The notes: a model not told the origin generated them from the letters alone. A stretch of DNA of 64,000 bases from Candidatus Cloacimonadales bacterium (GCA_963663475.2 CAXXJV010000001.1:1632001-1696000); one strand, 5' to 3'; shown: positions 40,060 through 50,983, counted from the stretch's first letter. Translations and numbers: made by a program.

Positions 40060-42234
40060 ATGATTAAAAATATTTCTATAAAAAAAATTGCATCATATAA
40101 AGAATTAGTTGAAATAAACCCAAAAAAAATTAATTATTTTTTTGGAAGTAATGGAACAGGTAAAACTGTCTTTGGTAATATAATATCAGACATATGCAAT
40201 TATCCAACTTGTGAGATAGAATGGGATCATTCTGCAATTCAAATACATATATATAACAAATCATTCGTTGATTCAAACTTCAGACAAAATGATGAGATAA
40301 AAGGTATATTTACATTGGGTAAGGATGCTTCAGAAGCACAAAAGTTCATAGAAGAAAAAAATAGTGAACTTAGTGATCTTAAGAAAAAAACAATTGGGTT
40401 AAAAAAAACTCAGATACAGAAAGAAAAGGAACTAAGTGAACGTAAAGTGACTTTTCAGGAAAAGGCATGGGAATACAAAAAAAAATATGAGAATAATTTT
40501 AGACCTGCTTTCAAGGGCTTCATGGGGAGTAAAACAGATTTCATGGAAAAGTGTTTGATAGAGAACTCAAGACAAACACCTGTAAACTTCTTACCTGAAG
40601 TTGATCTGTTTAAAAAGTGTAATCAAATTTTCAAAGAGAATTATGTAGAATATCCTCCAATTAGTTTTGATTTCGAATTACTAAAAGACAAAGAAAATTC
40701 TGAGATATTAAAGAAAAAGATTGTAGGTAAAGATGATATAGAACTATCCAAGCTTATTAAAAGATTAAACAATAGTGATTGGGTAAAAGAAGGTATTGAT
40801 TATTTAGGACAATCAGAGGGACTTTGTCCTTTCTGCCAACAATTGATAAATATTGATTTAAAAAGAGAAATAGAGTCTTTTTTTGATGATACTTACTCAA
40901 AAAGTATTGCTGAACTGAATACTTATGTAGAAAAATATATTACCTATGTAAGCAGTTTAATAGATAAACTTGAATCAGTAGCTAGTAAGGAACATGAGTT
41001 ATTCGATGTGAAGAACTTAAACACAAAGATACTTTTGTTAAAAGAACAGTTTAAAAATAACTGTAAAATTCTTGAATCGAAAAAGCGATCACCAAGTTCT
41101 TCAGTAAATATTGAGAGTTTAGTAGATACTTTCAATGATATATTACAAATTATTTCTGAATACAATGATATAATTAGAAATAATAATAATATTAAAGCAA
41201 ATTTAGACAAAGAAAAAGAGCAGTTATTATCAGAAATATGGCACTTTTTAACTAGAGAATTATCTATAGAAATCGCATCATTCTTAGATAGTAAAAAAGA
41301 CATCGAAAGTGCCCTTCAAAGTATATCAGAATCATTAAATGAAGGGGATAAGAGAGAAAGAAAACTAAATTATGAATTGGGAAAAAAAGAGTCTGAATTA
41401 ACTAGTGTAAAACACTCAGCAAATGAAATAAATAAAATATTGGCTTTGTTTGGTTTTACTAATTTTAAATTAGCTGAAGCAGATACTACTGGGTTTTATA
41501 AATTACTTCGAGAAGATGGTTCTGAAGCAAAAGAAACATTAAGTGAAGGAGAATATACCTTCTTGACATATTTATACTTTTATCATATGGTCTATGGTAG
41601 TGATTCCGAAACTGGCATTGGAAAAGATAAAGTAATTATAATTGATGATCCGATATCAAGTTTAGATAGTAGTGTTCTATTCATAGTCAGCAATCTTACT
41701 AAAAGACTTGTTCAAGATATCAGAGCTGGTCAGCATGGTTTTGAGCAAATTTTTATTTTATCACACAATGTGTACTTCTTCAAAGAGGTTACTTTTAAAT
41801 GTAAAGGAAATAATAAATTACGAGATGAAGCTTATTGGACGATAAGAAAGTTTTCAACTGGAACAAAAATAATTGAGCATGAAAGTAACCCGATTAAAAC
41901 GTCTTATGAATTATTATGGAGAGAGCTAGACAATACGGAGGATATTAATTCTGCAACGATTTTCAATACACTCAGGCGAATTCTTGAATATTACTTCAAC
42001 ATTTTAGGAGGTTTAGATTATGACGCAGCAATTAATAGTTTTGAGGGTGAGGAATTGATACTCTGCCAATCATTGCTATCATGGATCAACGATGGTTCTC
42101 ACTTTATTAATGATGACTTAGTGGTTGATTCAGAAATTGATAATATTACAAAATATCTGAACGTATTCCAACTTATATTTGAGAAAATGGGCCATATAAG
42201 TCATTATAACATGATGAAAGGAAGTGATAACTAG
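40060..42234 (+). CDS. AAA_13 / RloC-like ABC-type ATPase with zinc hook and C-terminal HEPN-like domain
   Basis: GSNGTGKT, coiled coil with CPFC hook, LSEGE signature, IIIDDPISSLD, SHN H-loop, RRILEYY...INDGSH tail. Confidence 0.8.
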   Translation: MIKNISIKKIASYKELVEINPKKINYFFGSNGTGKTVFGNIISDICNYPTCEIEWDHSAIQIHIYNKSFVDSNFRQNDEIKGIFTLGKDASEAQKFIEEKNSELSDLKKKTIGLKKTQIQKEKELSERKVTFQEKAWEYKKKYENNFRPAFKGFMGSKTDFMEKCLIENSRQTPVNFLPEVDLFKKCNQIFKENYVEYPPISFDFELLKDKENSEILKKKIVGKDDIELSKLIKRLNNSDWVKEGIDYLGQSEGLCPFCQQLINIDLKREIESFFDDTYSKSIAELNTYVEKYITYVSSLIDKLESVASKEHELFDVKNLNTKILLLKEQFKNNCKILESKKRSPSSSVNIESLVDTFNDILQIISEYNDIIRNNNNIKANLDKEKEQLLSEIWHFLTRELSIEIASFLDSKKDIESALQSISESLNEGDKRERKLNYELGKKESELTSVKHSANEINKILALFGFTNFKLAEADTTGFYKLLREDGSEAKETLSEGEYTFLTYLYFYHMVYGSDSETGIGKDKVIIIDDPISSLDSSVLFIVSNLTKRLVQDIRAGQHGFEQIFILSHNVYFFKEVTFKCKGNNKLRDEAYWTIRKFSTGTKIIEHESNPIKTSYELLWRELDNTEDINSATIFNTLRRILEYYFNILGGLDYDAAINSFEGEELILCQSLLSWINDGSHFINDDLVVDSEIDNITKYLNVFQLIFEKMGHISHYNMMKGSDN

Positions 42235-42265
42235 TAGTAAGCTATATTTAACAAAAGGAAGAATA

Positions 42266-43264
42266 ATGAACAATAATATTTATCATGAATGTTTATCAAA
42301 TACACAAGATCTTAATTTAAGAGATATTCAAGTAAAATTTCAAAGATATAATGACATCCCTAGTTTACTGACAATATATGAGTTAATATTTCCAATAAAT
42401 ACTGCTCTTGCTAGAATTAAAAGGAGCATAGATGAATTAAAGAATGATAATCTTCGGGAAAACGCTATAATGGGACTTTTTGTCTTAGGATATTCAAGCT
42501 TTGAAATCTTACTAGGTGATCTATTAAATAGAATTTTGTATTTTTATCCATGTAAGATTACTCAGTCAGATTGTAATAAACAGAATAAGAAAGGCTTAGA
42601 CTATCATGTTTCAAAAGAAATTTTACTTAGTGGGGAAGCTTTAAAAAATGCGATCGACAATAAAATTGAAACTATAAGATACAAAGACTTAGAAACTATT
42701 TTATCTGTGCTGCAAAATTATCTGAGAATTTCAGTTGTAATTGATAGCCATTACTATGACCATTTAATAGAAGTTAAAGAGACACGCAATCTACTTCTAC
42801 ATAATGCATTGATTGTTAATAATCTGTATTTGACTAAAGCTGAGAAATGCAAAAGAGCTGACAAAGTTGGTGAGATGTTAACGATTGATAAAATTTATTC
42901 TCTACAATCTTTAAATCTAATCTATAGAGTAATTGAAGAACTAAACAATCAGATTTTAATGAAATACGAAAAGTATACAATGCTGAATTTATTAGATAGG
43001 CTATGGAAATATACTTTTAAACCACATATAAAGATGAAGGACTATTTTTCATTAAACCAGGAAAATGACATTTACGATGGACCTTTAAAAGAGGGTTTTA
43101 TTCCATTAAGTAGTTCAGAGGAATTGCTTTTGGACATTTGGGTTGCACAACGATTCGGAAGAGGAATTAGAAAATTCTCTTTGTGTTTAATAGATGATAG
43201 AAACATTGATAAGATTAGCTTTTTAACTAATGTTTTTGGTGAGCTTAGATTCACTCGCTGGTAG
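42266..43264 (+). CDS. Hypothetical HEPN-like protein
   Basis: YSSFE helix and EVKETRNLLLHN (Rx4H); ATG at 42266. Confidence 0.55.
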   Translation: MNNNIYHECLSNTQDLNLRDIQVKFQRYNDIPSLLTIYELIFPINTALARIKRSIDELKNDNLRENAIMGLFVLGYSSFEILLGDLLNRILYFYPCKITQSDCNKQNKKGLDYHVSKEILLSGEALKNAIDNKIETIRYKDLETILSVLQNYLRISVVIDSHYYDHLIEVKETRNLLLHNALIVNNLYLTKAEKCKRADKVGEMLTIDKIYSLQSLNLIYRVIEELNNQILMKYEKYTMLNLLDRLWKYTFKPHIKMKDYFSLNQENDIYDGPLKEGFIPLSSSEELLLDIWVAQRFGRGIRKFSLCLIDDRNIDKISFLTNVFGELRFTRW

Positions 43265-43582
43265 TTAATTATAATAATAGAAGTTAAATTCATTACCTAA
43301 AAGTACAGAAGTGAACTCGGATATTTTATGATAAACTTTATCCAAATTCACATAAACATCATCAACCTGCTCTTGGGTTATTCCAATATATCTTAAGGTT
43401 ATTTCTTGTGAAGAATGGTTAAATATCCTCACTAGTAAAGATAAATCAACTCCATTGTTGAAGGCATGATAGCCAAAAGTTTTTCTTAAGGTATGAGTAC
43501 CAATTTTAATTCTAATACCAAGACTAAAGGCATAGTCATTCAAGAATTGCCAGACATATTGCCTTGTCGAGGACTGATGCAT
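43265..43582 (-). pseudogene. Tyrosine recombinase C-terminal fragment
   Basis: HTLRKTFGYH, FNHSS and TLRYIG catalytic motifs present; N-terminal two thirds absent. Confidence 0.85.
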
Positions 43583-43618
43583 ATTAACAACACCATATCT
43601 ATGTGCTTGGTGATGAAG

Positions 43619-43645
43619 AAAAAAGCCTCACACAAGCGAGGCTTT
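43619..43645 (-). terminator. Rho-independent terminator of the 1645-aa gene (separated from the gene by a MITE)
   Basis: On the minus strand, AAAGCCTCGC-TTGT-GTGAGGCTTTTTT. Confidence 0.7.
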
Positions 43646-43646
43646 A

Positions 43647-43810
43647 ACCCAAATAATGCAGTAGACCTTTGCGAATAGCACTATCTTCTTTTGCAAAAGT
43701 AAGCTACATAATTTTCAGGAATATATATATTATATGCCTGAAAATTCTGTAACTTATTTTGCTAAAAGAATCTAGCACTCTTCATCAAAGTTCTACTGCA
43801 CCATTCGGCT
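43647..43810 (+). mobile_element. MITE copy 3
   Basis: ACCCAAATAATGCAGTAGACC ... TTCTACTGCACCATTCGGCT flanked by TTA/TTA; near-identical to copy 1. Confidence 0.85.
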
Positions 43811-43859
43811 TTAATTTATGATTTTAGGAGATGCCTGCAAGATGCAAGCCTTCCCAGTA

Positions 43860-46800
43860 TTATTTCATCAAAATCATCTTCTTAGTTGAGCTAAATATGC
43901 CTTTTTTCATTCTATACAAATAAAGGCCTGTTGCAACCTGTTTATCATTATCATCTTTGCCATTCCAAACTAGCTTATGTTGTCCGACATCTCTGTATTC
44001 ATTCAAGAGAGTTTTTACCTTTTGCCCTTTAAGATTATAGATATCGATAGTAACATTTCCAGCTTCTTTAATAGTAAAAGTAATAGACGTTTCTGGATTG
44101 AAAGGATTTGGATAATTTTGGTTAAGAATGTCGAATTGTGGGATTGTTTCCACATCATCAAGATTATTAGTTTGAATATACACTGATAGATTATCAATCA
44201 TCAAAGCTGAAGCCTGGTCACTGGTGTTTCGGATGGCAAATCTAGTTCTTGGAGAGTAAGTATTAAAAGTATAAAGTCTCCAATCTGAAGGAGGATTAAG
44301 GCTTGACCAATTGACAACAGTAAAATCATCAATATCAACTTCATCTTCACTATCAGTGGATAGTACTTGGAATCTTGCAGATTCATCATCATTTGAATAA
44401 GTCTTAGCATAAAAATACAAGCTTAAATTATGGCCAGTATTCAATTGCGGAGTAATTAACCAATCGTTATTGACCCCTTCAAGGGATTTAAAAGAGATGA
44501 GAAATTTCTCTCCACTTTGAGGGGACATGTTAGTAATAGGCGGAGTAGTTGTAGAAGGGTTAAATACCATAAAAGAACCTGTTTCTCCAGCCTGAGGATA
44601 GAGGGTATTAGGAAATTGATAAGTATCACTTTCGTCTAAATCCCACTGAATCCAATTTGATAAGTCAGTAGTAAAATCAGGATAATCTTCAAAATCATCA
44701 TTAACTAACTGCATTCCAGGGTTATGATAAATAATTGAAACTGTTTCTGAGGGAGGTGAAAATCCTGGAGGATTATCGTAAACTCCGACCAAGTAATAAG
44801 TGTATTCACCATAATAGGTAACATATCTATCATAATAAACACTAGTACCGTAAGGAATTAGTTCTTCATTAATCTGATCACCATTTCGGAAGACATGATA
44901 CCCAAGTAAGTTGTCTACATTAGATGGTTCTTGCCAATATAAACGAATGAAGTTGAAGAAATATGAGGTTTCTAACTGAGTTGGAGGTTGATAATTATTG
45001 GCATTTGTAGAGGAGGCATATAAATTATAATTATAAATGAGGTTTCCAGTTTGTCTGTAAGCTTCTTTGTCAATAGCTTCTATCTTATCGGACTTGGACA
45101 TATCAATTTTGACAACTTTTAGATAGTAATTTCCACTTTCAGGAATAAGATATTCCAGTGATGAAGCGCAGATATTAGGTGAATCTTCGTCAATATAATT
45201 AGGATTACTGGAGTAGGGACCAAATAACTTCAATCTAAGATCTGTTAAGAGAATCCCTTCATTTTGACAGTAAACAGATAGAGTATCACCAATTACTAGG
45301 GAAGGGATTTTATACCAATCAACATCATCAGTTGGAAATATTTCAAAATTAAGTCCTTCAACAGGAAGGGTTAAAAGACTAGCAGATTGAACAGAATCAT
45401 TGTCATCTACTTGATTAGCATAGCCATGGAGCTCTACTGTCCTAACTATTCTTTGTGAATCATCTGTTACTTCAATTACCGCATTTTTTTCTCCTGAAGA
45501 AGTAGGATGAAAAGAGACCTCAAAACTAGCTGTTTGATTATATGAGAGCACTAAAGGATAAGTATTTAGGTCATTCATAATAACAAAATCATTAGCATTC
45601 TCTCCGCTTAAAATAGGAGATTCACTTATTATCACATCTTCAAGTCCAATAGATTTTATAGTGATAGTTTTCTCTAAAGAATATCCATGAGGAGGAGTAG
45701 GGAGAAAATTATTGTTCACTGGATATATCCTGAAAGAAGGCTGGTTAGGAATCTCATTAAATTCAAGTTTGATATTTGGATAAGCATTGCTAACCACACG
45801 AGCTGAAGGGGGATTAGCAAGATCAGGCGATTCGTTGTCACAGAAGTACGCAATTCCTCTAGAAAAAATAGAAGGAGTACAATAGAAATCAGCACTTGTA
45901 GAATGGCAAGTTTGATTACTTTCTTTTACTGCTACAAGAAGATTTTGAGTCTGATTATAATCAAAAGGTACATAAAGGTCAAAATCTATCCAGCCTTCTT
46001 GGTCAGTAGTTGTGATTGTTCCTTCATATACTACTTGCAGTTCTGATATTGGAAACCAATCTGAATTATCATTAAAACGAGTTTTATCAGTATGCCCCAT
46101 ATATATGACAAATTCTTCTGGTCCAAATTCAGAATCTCCATTATAATACCAGCTAATTTTACTAATTCTTTCATCTACATCGCCAATTTCTTGAGGATAA
46201 TATATGGCTTGTGAATAACTGTAAAAATAATTAGCGTCAAAAGGAAGACTATAATCACTACTAGTTCCAGTTCCGATAATTGAAATGTTTTCTGCTTGGG
46301 CTGGTAGAACATTGGCGATAGTATTAATTGTAATTGATGGGTTATTGACATCATTAGATGAAATGGTAAAATAATCAGAATAGGGTCCAGTTGCTGAGGG
46401 ATTAAGGGTAACTTCAATATTCTGACTTGCACCAAAAGGAATAGATATTTGTGAAGGTTCAAAGGAAAGATTTTCTGAGGGAGAGGAAATTTCTAGTTCT
46501 AAAGGTGTTTCTCCATTGTTGCCGATTACAATTTCACTTACCCCAGCTCTGTTTAAAAATGTATCACCAAAATCTAACAAGTCAGTGTTATAGGTGATGT
46601 GAGGGTCTGTATCGATTCTATCAAAAACAAAGTTATCAAGATCAATAATTACATTAGCAATACTATTATTGATCAATTTGAAGGCCATGGAAGTTTCTGG
46701 GTCTTCAGAATTATCAAAAGTATACTCATAAGTATCCCAAGTAAGAGTAAGATCAAATGTATCTAATGGTGTAAAAGTAACATCCTCATTATCACTTAGA

Positions 46801-48797
46801 ATACTACCTATTTGAAGTTGTGAGCTACTAGTAGATCCTTTGGCTTTAAAAGAAACACTAATCTGATGTGCGTTTTCAAGTAATGGAGTTATTGCTATAA
46901 TATCCCAGGGATAATTAGCAGAATTTCTCATTCTTAAAGAGTTGAGACTCTCATATCCTGCTTGAGAGGTAACGTGGACAAAATCAGGGGAATTTTCCTG
47001 TTCAATATAACTAGACCAGCCTTGAGGTAGGGATCCAATCTCTACAGATTCAAAATCTTCAAAATAAGGGAGATCGTTGATTTGTGGGTCAGTTACTACT
47101 GCATTAATTGGTACTATTACTTCGCTTCTGTCTTGAAACCTAAAGACAAGACTAGCATTATGAATACCTTCAATTTCAGGATTAAAAGTCAGATGATAGG
47201 GGAGTAACTGATCAGTAATTGTAAGAGGATAATCGTACTCATCAAGTAGAGAAAATCCTGAGTCTTGATATAATTCTACACTATTTAAGATTAGCTGTCC
47301 AGTACCATAATTTTCCAAGATGAAAGATTTTTCATGGGTATTATTTATTGTAGTTTCAGCTATTTCCCAAGATTCAGGTCTTACTCGCGGAATTGGATAT
47401 ATTGGAGCTTCATCAATCATTATATCATGTATGTAAGCTGAATTATATGGAAAACTCGGAGGGATTTTAAATACAAAATATAAGTTGTCATTGTTATCAG
47501 TTTCAAGATTTACATAATGTTCTTCAATTGCATAATAGTCATTGGATAGGGAAAAAGTTTGAATCTCCTCATAAGTAGTCATATCGTTGGGATTACTACA
47601 TACTCCAACACTTAACTGACCTAAATAACTATAAGAAGTAGTTTTAAATCTTAATCTTTTTGTTGAAATATTGGAAATTGAAGGACTAATAGCATAATCA
47701 GCATTGTCCTCACTTTCATTGTTATACTTCAAGCAATGTAAATCAAAAGATAAAGGATGAAAGGAAACACAAATTAAATTTCCGTTTTCATTGGGATTCG
47801 TAATCACAGTCCAATGTTCAGGAACTTCATAAAAGTCACAATCAGAAAAAGTTTCATGATAAGGGAAATCACTGATAATAGGATTGATAGATGTAGCAGT
47901 AAAAGGTATAATAGTTTCGTTATTTTGGGAGTCATTGATAATTAAGTTAGATTCATGCTCTCCAGTGGTTGAAGGGTGGAATATTATCTGAACTTCACTA
48001 CCATGAATGTCCAAACTAATTGGGTAATTATTATTATCGATTAAGATAAAATCTGTGTTTTGATCAAGGTTAATACTATTTATGTTAAGTGAACCATATC
48101 CTATCTTTCTTAAAGTACAAGTAACAGGTGCTGAATATGCGCCCAAAATAACATTATTCCAGTTATAATCTTCTAATGTATAAGATAAATATGGTTCTTC
48201 ACTTAACTCTGTCATTGTTAATTTGATGTTAGGTAGCCAGTGAGATCTATAACCTGATGGAGGATTTGTAAAGGAGAGCCCCTCTAAAGTATCGTAGTAT
48301 CTGATGCTTGACAATGGTGATACTTCTGTACATAAAAAGCCTACATCTTCAGGATAATTATTGCTACTGTTTGTTTGAAAAGCGATGACTAAATTGTCAG
48401 TATTGTTATAATGAAAGGGATAATCAAGGATAATATCCACCCAGCCTTCAGTGGAAGGAATGGATAAAGAGTCATCATAGACTAAAAATAAACTATCGAT
48501 TGGTACCCAGCCATCAATATCAGAGAATCCAGTTAAAGCTGTATGTCCTAGATAAATCTGGACACTTTCTTTGGTCCAGGCACTAATCCCAGAATAATAG
48601 TATGATAATGTGGTAATTAAATGATTTTCCAGGTTAATCTGTTCCTGGATATAAATAGATTGGGTGAGAGAACACCAATTCTGGTCTATTGGTAAATGTT
48701 GTTCTGTGTTTACTCCATCTCCGATTAGAACTTCGATAGAGTTTATATGTGTAACCCCTAACAGCCCAATGATAATCAATAAAATAAATCTACGCAT
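43860..48797 (-). CDS. Large secreted multidomain protein (Ig-like choice-of-anchor D, cleaved-adhesin-like, FN3, FlgD-Ig/T9SS-like CTD)
   Basis: Signal peptide; repeated F.P...G...(A/S).L.I Ig units; NNDWLITPQL; GYHVFRNG; NQNYPNPFNPETSITF...KKMILMK. Confidence 0.8.
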   Translation of the reverse strand: MRRFILLIIIGLLGVTHINSIEVLIGDGVNTEQHLPIDQNWCSLTQSIYIQEQINLENHLITTLSYYYSGISAWTKESVQIYLGHTALTGFSDIDGWVPIDSLFLVYDDSLSIPSTEGWVDIILDYPFHYNNTDNLVIAFQTNSSNNYPEDVGFLCTEVSPLSSIRYYDTLEGLSFTNPPSGYRSHWLPNIKLTMTELSEEPYLSYTLEDYNWNNVILGAYSAPVTCTLRKIGYGSLNINSINLDQNTDFILIDNNNYPISLDIHGSEVQIIFHPSTTGEHESNLIINDSQNNETIIPFTATSINPIISDFPYHETFSDCDFYEVPEHWTVITNPNENGNLICVSFHPLSFDLHCLKYNNESEDNADYAISPSISNISTKRLRFKTTSYSYLGQLSVGVCSNPNDMTTYEEIQTFSLSNDYYAIEEHYVNLETDNNDNLYFVFKIPPSFPYNSAYIHDIMIDEAPIYPIPRVRPESWEIAETTINNTHEKSFILENYGTGQLILNSVELYQDSGFSLLDEYDYPLTITDQLLPYHLTFNPEIEGIHNASLVFRFQDRSEVIVPINAVVTDPQINDLPYFEDFESVEIGSLPQGWSSYIEQENSPDFVHVTSQAGYESLNSLRMRNSANYPWDIIAITPLLENAHQISVSFKAKGSTSSSQLQIGSILSDNEDVTFTPLDTFDLTLTWDTYEYTFDNSEDPETSMAFKLINNSIANVIIDLDNFVFDRIDTDPHITYNTDLLDFGDTFLNRAGVSEIVIGNNGETPLELEISSPSENLSFEPSQISIPFGASQNIEVTLNPSATGPYSDYFTISSNDVNNPSITINTIANVLPAQAENISIIGTGTSSDYSLPFDANYFYSYSQAIYYPQEIGDVDERISKISWYYNGDSEFGPEEFVIYMGHTDKTRFNDNSDWFPISELQVVYEGTITTTDQEGWIDFDLYVPFDYNQTQNLLVAVKESNQTCHSTSADFYCTPSIFSRGIAYFCDNESPDLANPPSARVVSNAYPNIKLEFNEIPNQPSFRIYPVNNNFLPTPPHGYSLEKTITIKSIGLEDVIISESPILSGENANDFVIMNDLNTYPLVLSYNQTASFEVSFHPTSSGEKNAVIEVTDDSQRIVRTVELHGYANQVDDNDSVQSASLLTLPVEGLNFEIFPTDDVDWYKIPSLVIGDTLSVYCQNEGILLTDLRLKLFGPYSSNPNYIDEDSPNICASSLEYLIPESGNYYLKVVKIDMSKSDKIEAIDKEAYRQTGNLIYNYNLYASSTNANNYQPPTQLETSYFFNFIRLYWQEPSNVDNLLGYHVFRNGDQINEELIPYGTSVYYDRYVTYYGEYTYYLVGVYDNPPGFSPPSETVSIIYHNPGMQLVNDDFEDYPDFTTDLSNWIQWDLDESDTYQFPNTLYPQAGETGSFMVFNPSTTTPPITNMSPQSGEKFLISFKSLEGVNNDWLITPQLNTGHNLSLYFYAKTYSNDDESARFQVLSTDSEDEVDIDDFTVVNWSSLNPPSDWRLYTFNTYSPRTRFAIRNTSDQASALMIDNLSVYIQTNNLDDVETIPQFDILNQNYPNPFNPETSITFTIKEAGNVTIDIYNLKGQKVKTLLNEYRDVGQHKLVWNGKDDNDKQVATGLYLYRMKKGIFSSTKKMILMK

Positions 48798-49498
48798 ATC
48801 TCCTCCTTAAATAATTGAGATTGGCTTTCTTTGTGTAAAAAGTAGTATAATGTGGGTAATTGATTCTTATTGTCTTTAATAATTGTCTCTTCTTTCGATT
48901 TAAAGAGTCTGTAGGTTTATTAAAATTGTGTACATATAAGACTCTTAATGCTTTAGCAAATATAGGAAAAGCCATAAGTAGTTTTAACATGGAAATTAAG
49001 CTAGTACACAATGTTTTATTCATCTTACCTCTAATCTTATTTATAAAAATTACAAGTCTACAAGTTCTATAAAAGTAACCTACATAAATAAAATAAAGTA
49101 TAGCAAAAGTTTGTCAAGTTTTTTTTACTTATTTTTTTGGGGTATACCACTATTTATTTGTATGATAAATTGATTCTTAGTTGTAACTTATCATGATATT
49201 CCCATTTATATGGTATAACTTGTGAATTCTTGTGTTAAGAAAATGTATTTGACTTTTCGCTTTAGCTAATAATGGATATTTTCATGATTTATTTCTTACC
49301 TACAAACTCTGGGAATAGATATATCATCTCATCAATGGACTCAATAACTTCATAGATGATACCTAAGCAATCTGTGAAAAAGTATTTATTTCATTAAATC
49401 CAATATATGATATAGATAGCATTTACCCCTTGCCAATAAAATTATTGATCTACAAGTAGATTGAATTCATTTTTTATACTAACTAGAAATCAATTTTT

Positions 49499-49729
49499 GG
49501 ACAGCTAAGTTTTTATCTTGAAGTTTTAGATCGAGATGTAAAAAAAGAACATGAAAACTCAAGCATTGGTATCTTGCTTTGTCGTGATAAATATGAAGAA
49601 GTAGTAGAATATGCTCTTTCACGTAATTTATCTCCCACTATGGTTGCTCAATATGAGTTGCAATTACCAAATAAAAAACTGATACAGGCTAAACTACAAG
49701 AATTAAATGATGATGGATACTGGCAATAA
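49499..49729 (+). pseudogene. YhcG/DUF1016 PD-(D/E)XK protein C-terminal fragment
   Basis: Not in ORF track. Translates GQLSFYLEVLDRDVKKEHENSSIGILLCRDKYEEVVEYAL...LPNKKLIQ; no start codon. Confidence 0.8.
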
Positions 49730-50245
49730 ACATATCCTAACTTCTTGCGAGAATAGAGGGCTTAAAAGACCTGAAATTACTGAAAATAATGATTTCTTTG
49801 AAGTTAAACCCAATAATGCAGTAGACCTTTGTGAACAGCACTATATTCTTCTGCAAAAGTAACTTCCATAATTTCTCCGAATATATAAAATATATGCGTC
49901 AAAATTCTGTAAGCTATTTTGCTAGAATAATCTGCACTCTTCACTAAAGCTCTACTACACTATCTGGGTTAAATTATTTCGACCTGAAGCAGAATTTACA
50001 GATAATAATAACAAATCATTAATTCTACACGGACGATTACGAACGATTACGGTCGATTAGAAATAGAAAAACAAGAGATATTACTTTATCTATTAGATAA
50101 TAAAACCATAACTCGTAAGCAAGTTATTGATGTTTTCGATTTTAAAACTACAAAAGCAACAAATTTTTTAGCTGAGATGACAGAAGAGAAACTCTTAGTT
50201 AGGAAAGCTAGTGGTAGAAGCACCTATTATGCTTTTAACAAATAG
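49716..50245 (+). pseudogene. C-terminal fragment of a HATPase_c_4/wHTH protein, disrupted by a MITE
   Basis: SCENRGLKRPEITENNDFFEVK|LFRPE reads through once the MITE is removed; wHTH tail EILLYLLDNKTITRKQV...LVRKASGRSTYY. Confidence 0.65.
49808..49969 (+). mobile_element. MITE copy 4
   Basis: ACCC...GGGT ends with TAA/TAA target duplication inside a coding remnant. Confidence 0.88.
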
Positions 50246-50343
50246 GTTAATCATTATTTATAATTGTATCATAGAAGTTAGATATATGAAGCGTAATTAT
50301 TAGAAAAAACTTGAGAAGTTTATTAGAAATTACTAATTAAGAA

Positions 50344-50685
50344 CTAAACTTCAGCTATCAGATTAATATTATCTAGTAATTCTGGTATATGGATTGTAGC
50401 TGTTAACCAGATTCTTTCTACTAATATCTCTCCATATTCGTGAGCAATAATGTTCCTCAAGGCAATGATTTTTCTCCAAGGTACTTGTGGATTATTTGTT
50501 ATAAAGTCATCTGAAAGATGGTTAGCAGCTTCTCCGATAACTAAAATCTGTCTTTCAACAGCAAATCTTATCAACTTATTTGCTTCAAATTCTGCAAGAT
50601 CAATATCTCTTACAAAATTCAAAATATCCTTACATGCTTCTGTTATATCCCATAAATAAGATTTATCTTTTTCACTAATTAGCAT
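50344..50685 (-). CDS. HepT-like (DUF86) HEPN toxin
   Basis: AVERQILVIGEAA, PWRKIIALRNIIAHEY (Rx4HxY). Confidence 0.9.
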   Translation of the reverse strand: MLISEKDKSYLWDITEACKDILNFVRDIDLAEFEANKLIRFAVERQILVIGEAANHLSDDFITNNPQVPWRKIIALRNIIAHEYGEILVERIWLTATIHIPELLDNINLIAEV

Positions 50686-50983
50686 AAATTCTTCTCGCAG
50701 TAGATAATATTTCTTTTCTTCTGTATGGATTCTTTATCCCATCTTTTTCAATTAAATCAACTTTTTTGTTAAAATAATGCTCTAACTTTTCTCGTAAGTC
50801 CATGATATCAAAGAGTGAATAGTTAGAATTTTTCTTGAAGGAAATCAGGATATCAATATCACTTTCATTAGTGAAATCCTCTCTTAATATTGATCCAAAA
50901 AGATATAATTCTTCAACAGCATAGCCTTTAAGTATTTCATACAAATCTGCTTCATTGATATTTATCTTTGGTAACTGCATCAT
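50675..50983 (-). CDS. MntA-like minimal nucleotidyltransferase antitoxin
   Basis: LFGSILREDFTNESDIDIL (GS-x10-DxD), KVDL; overlaps the toxin gene. Confidence 0.9.
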   Translation of the reverse strand: MMQLPKININEADLYEILKGYAVEELYLFGSILREDFTNESDIDILISFKKNSNYSLFDIMDLREKLEHYFNKKVDLIEKDGIKNPYRRKEILSTARRIYAN

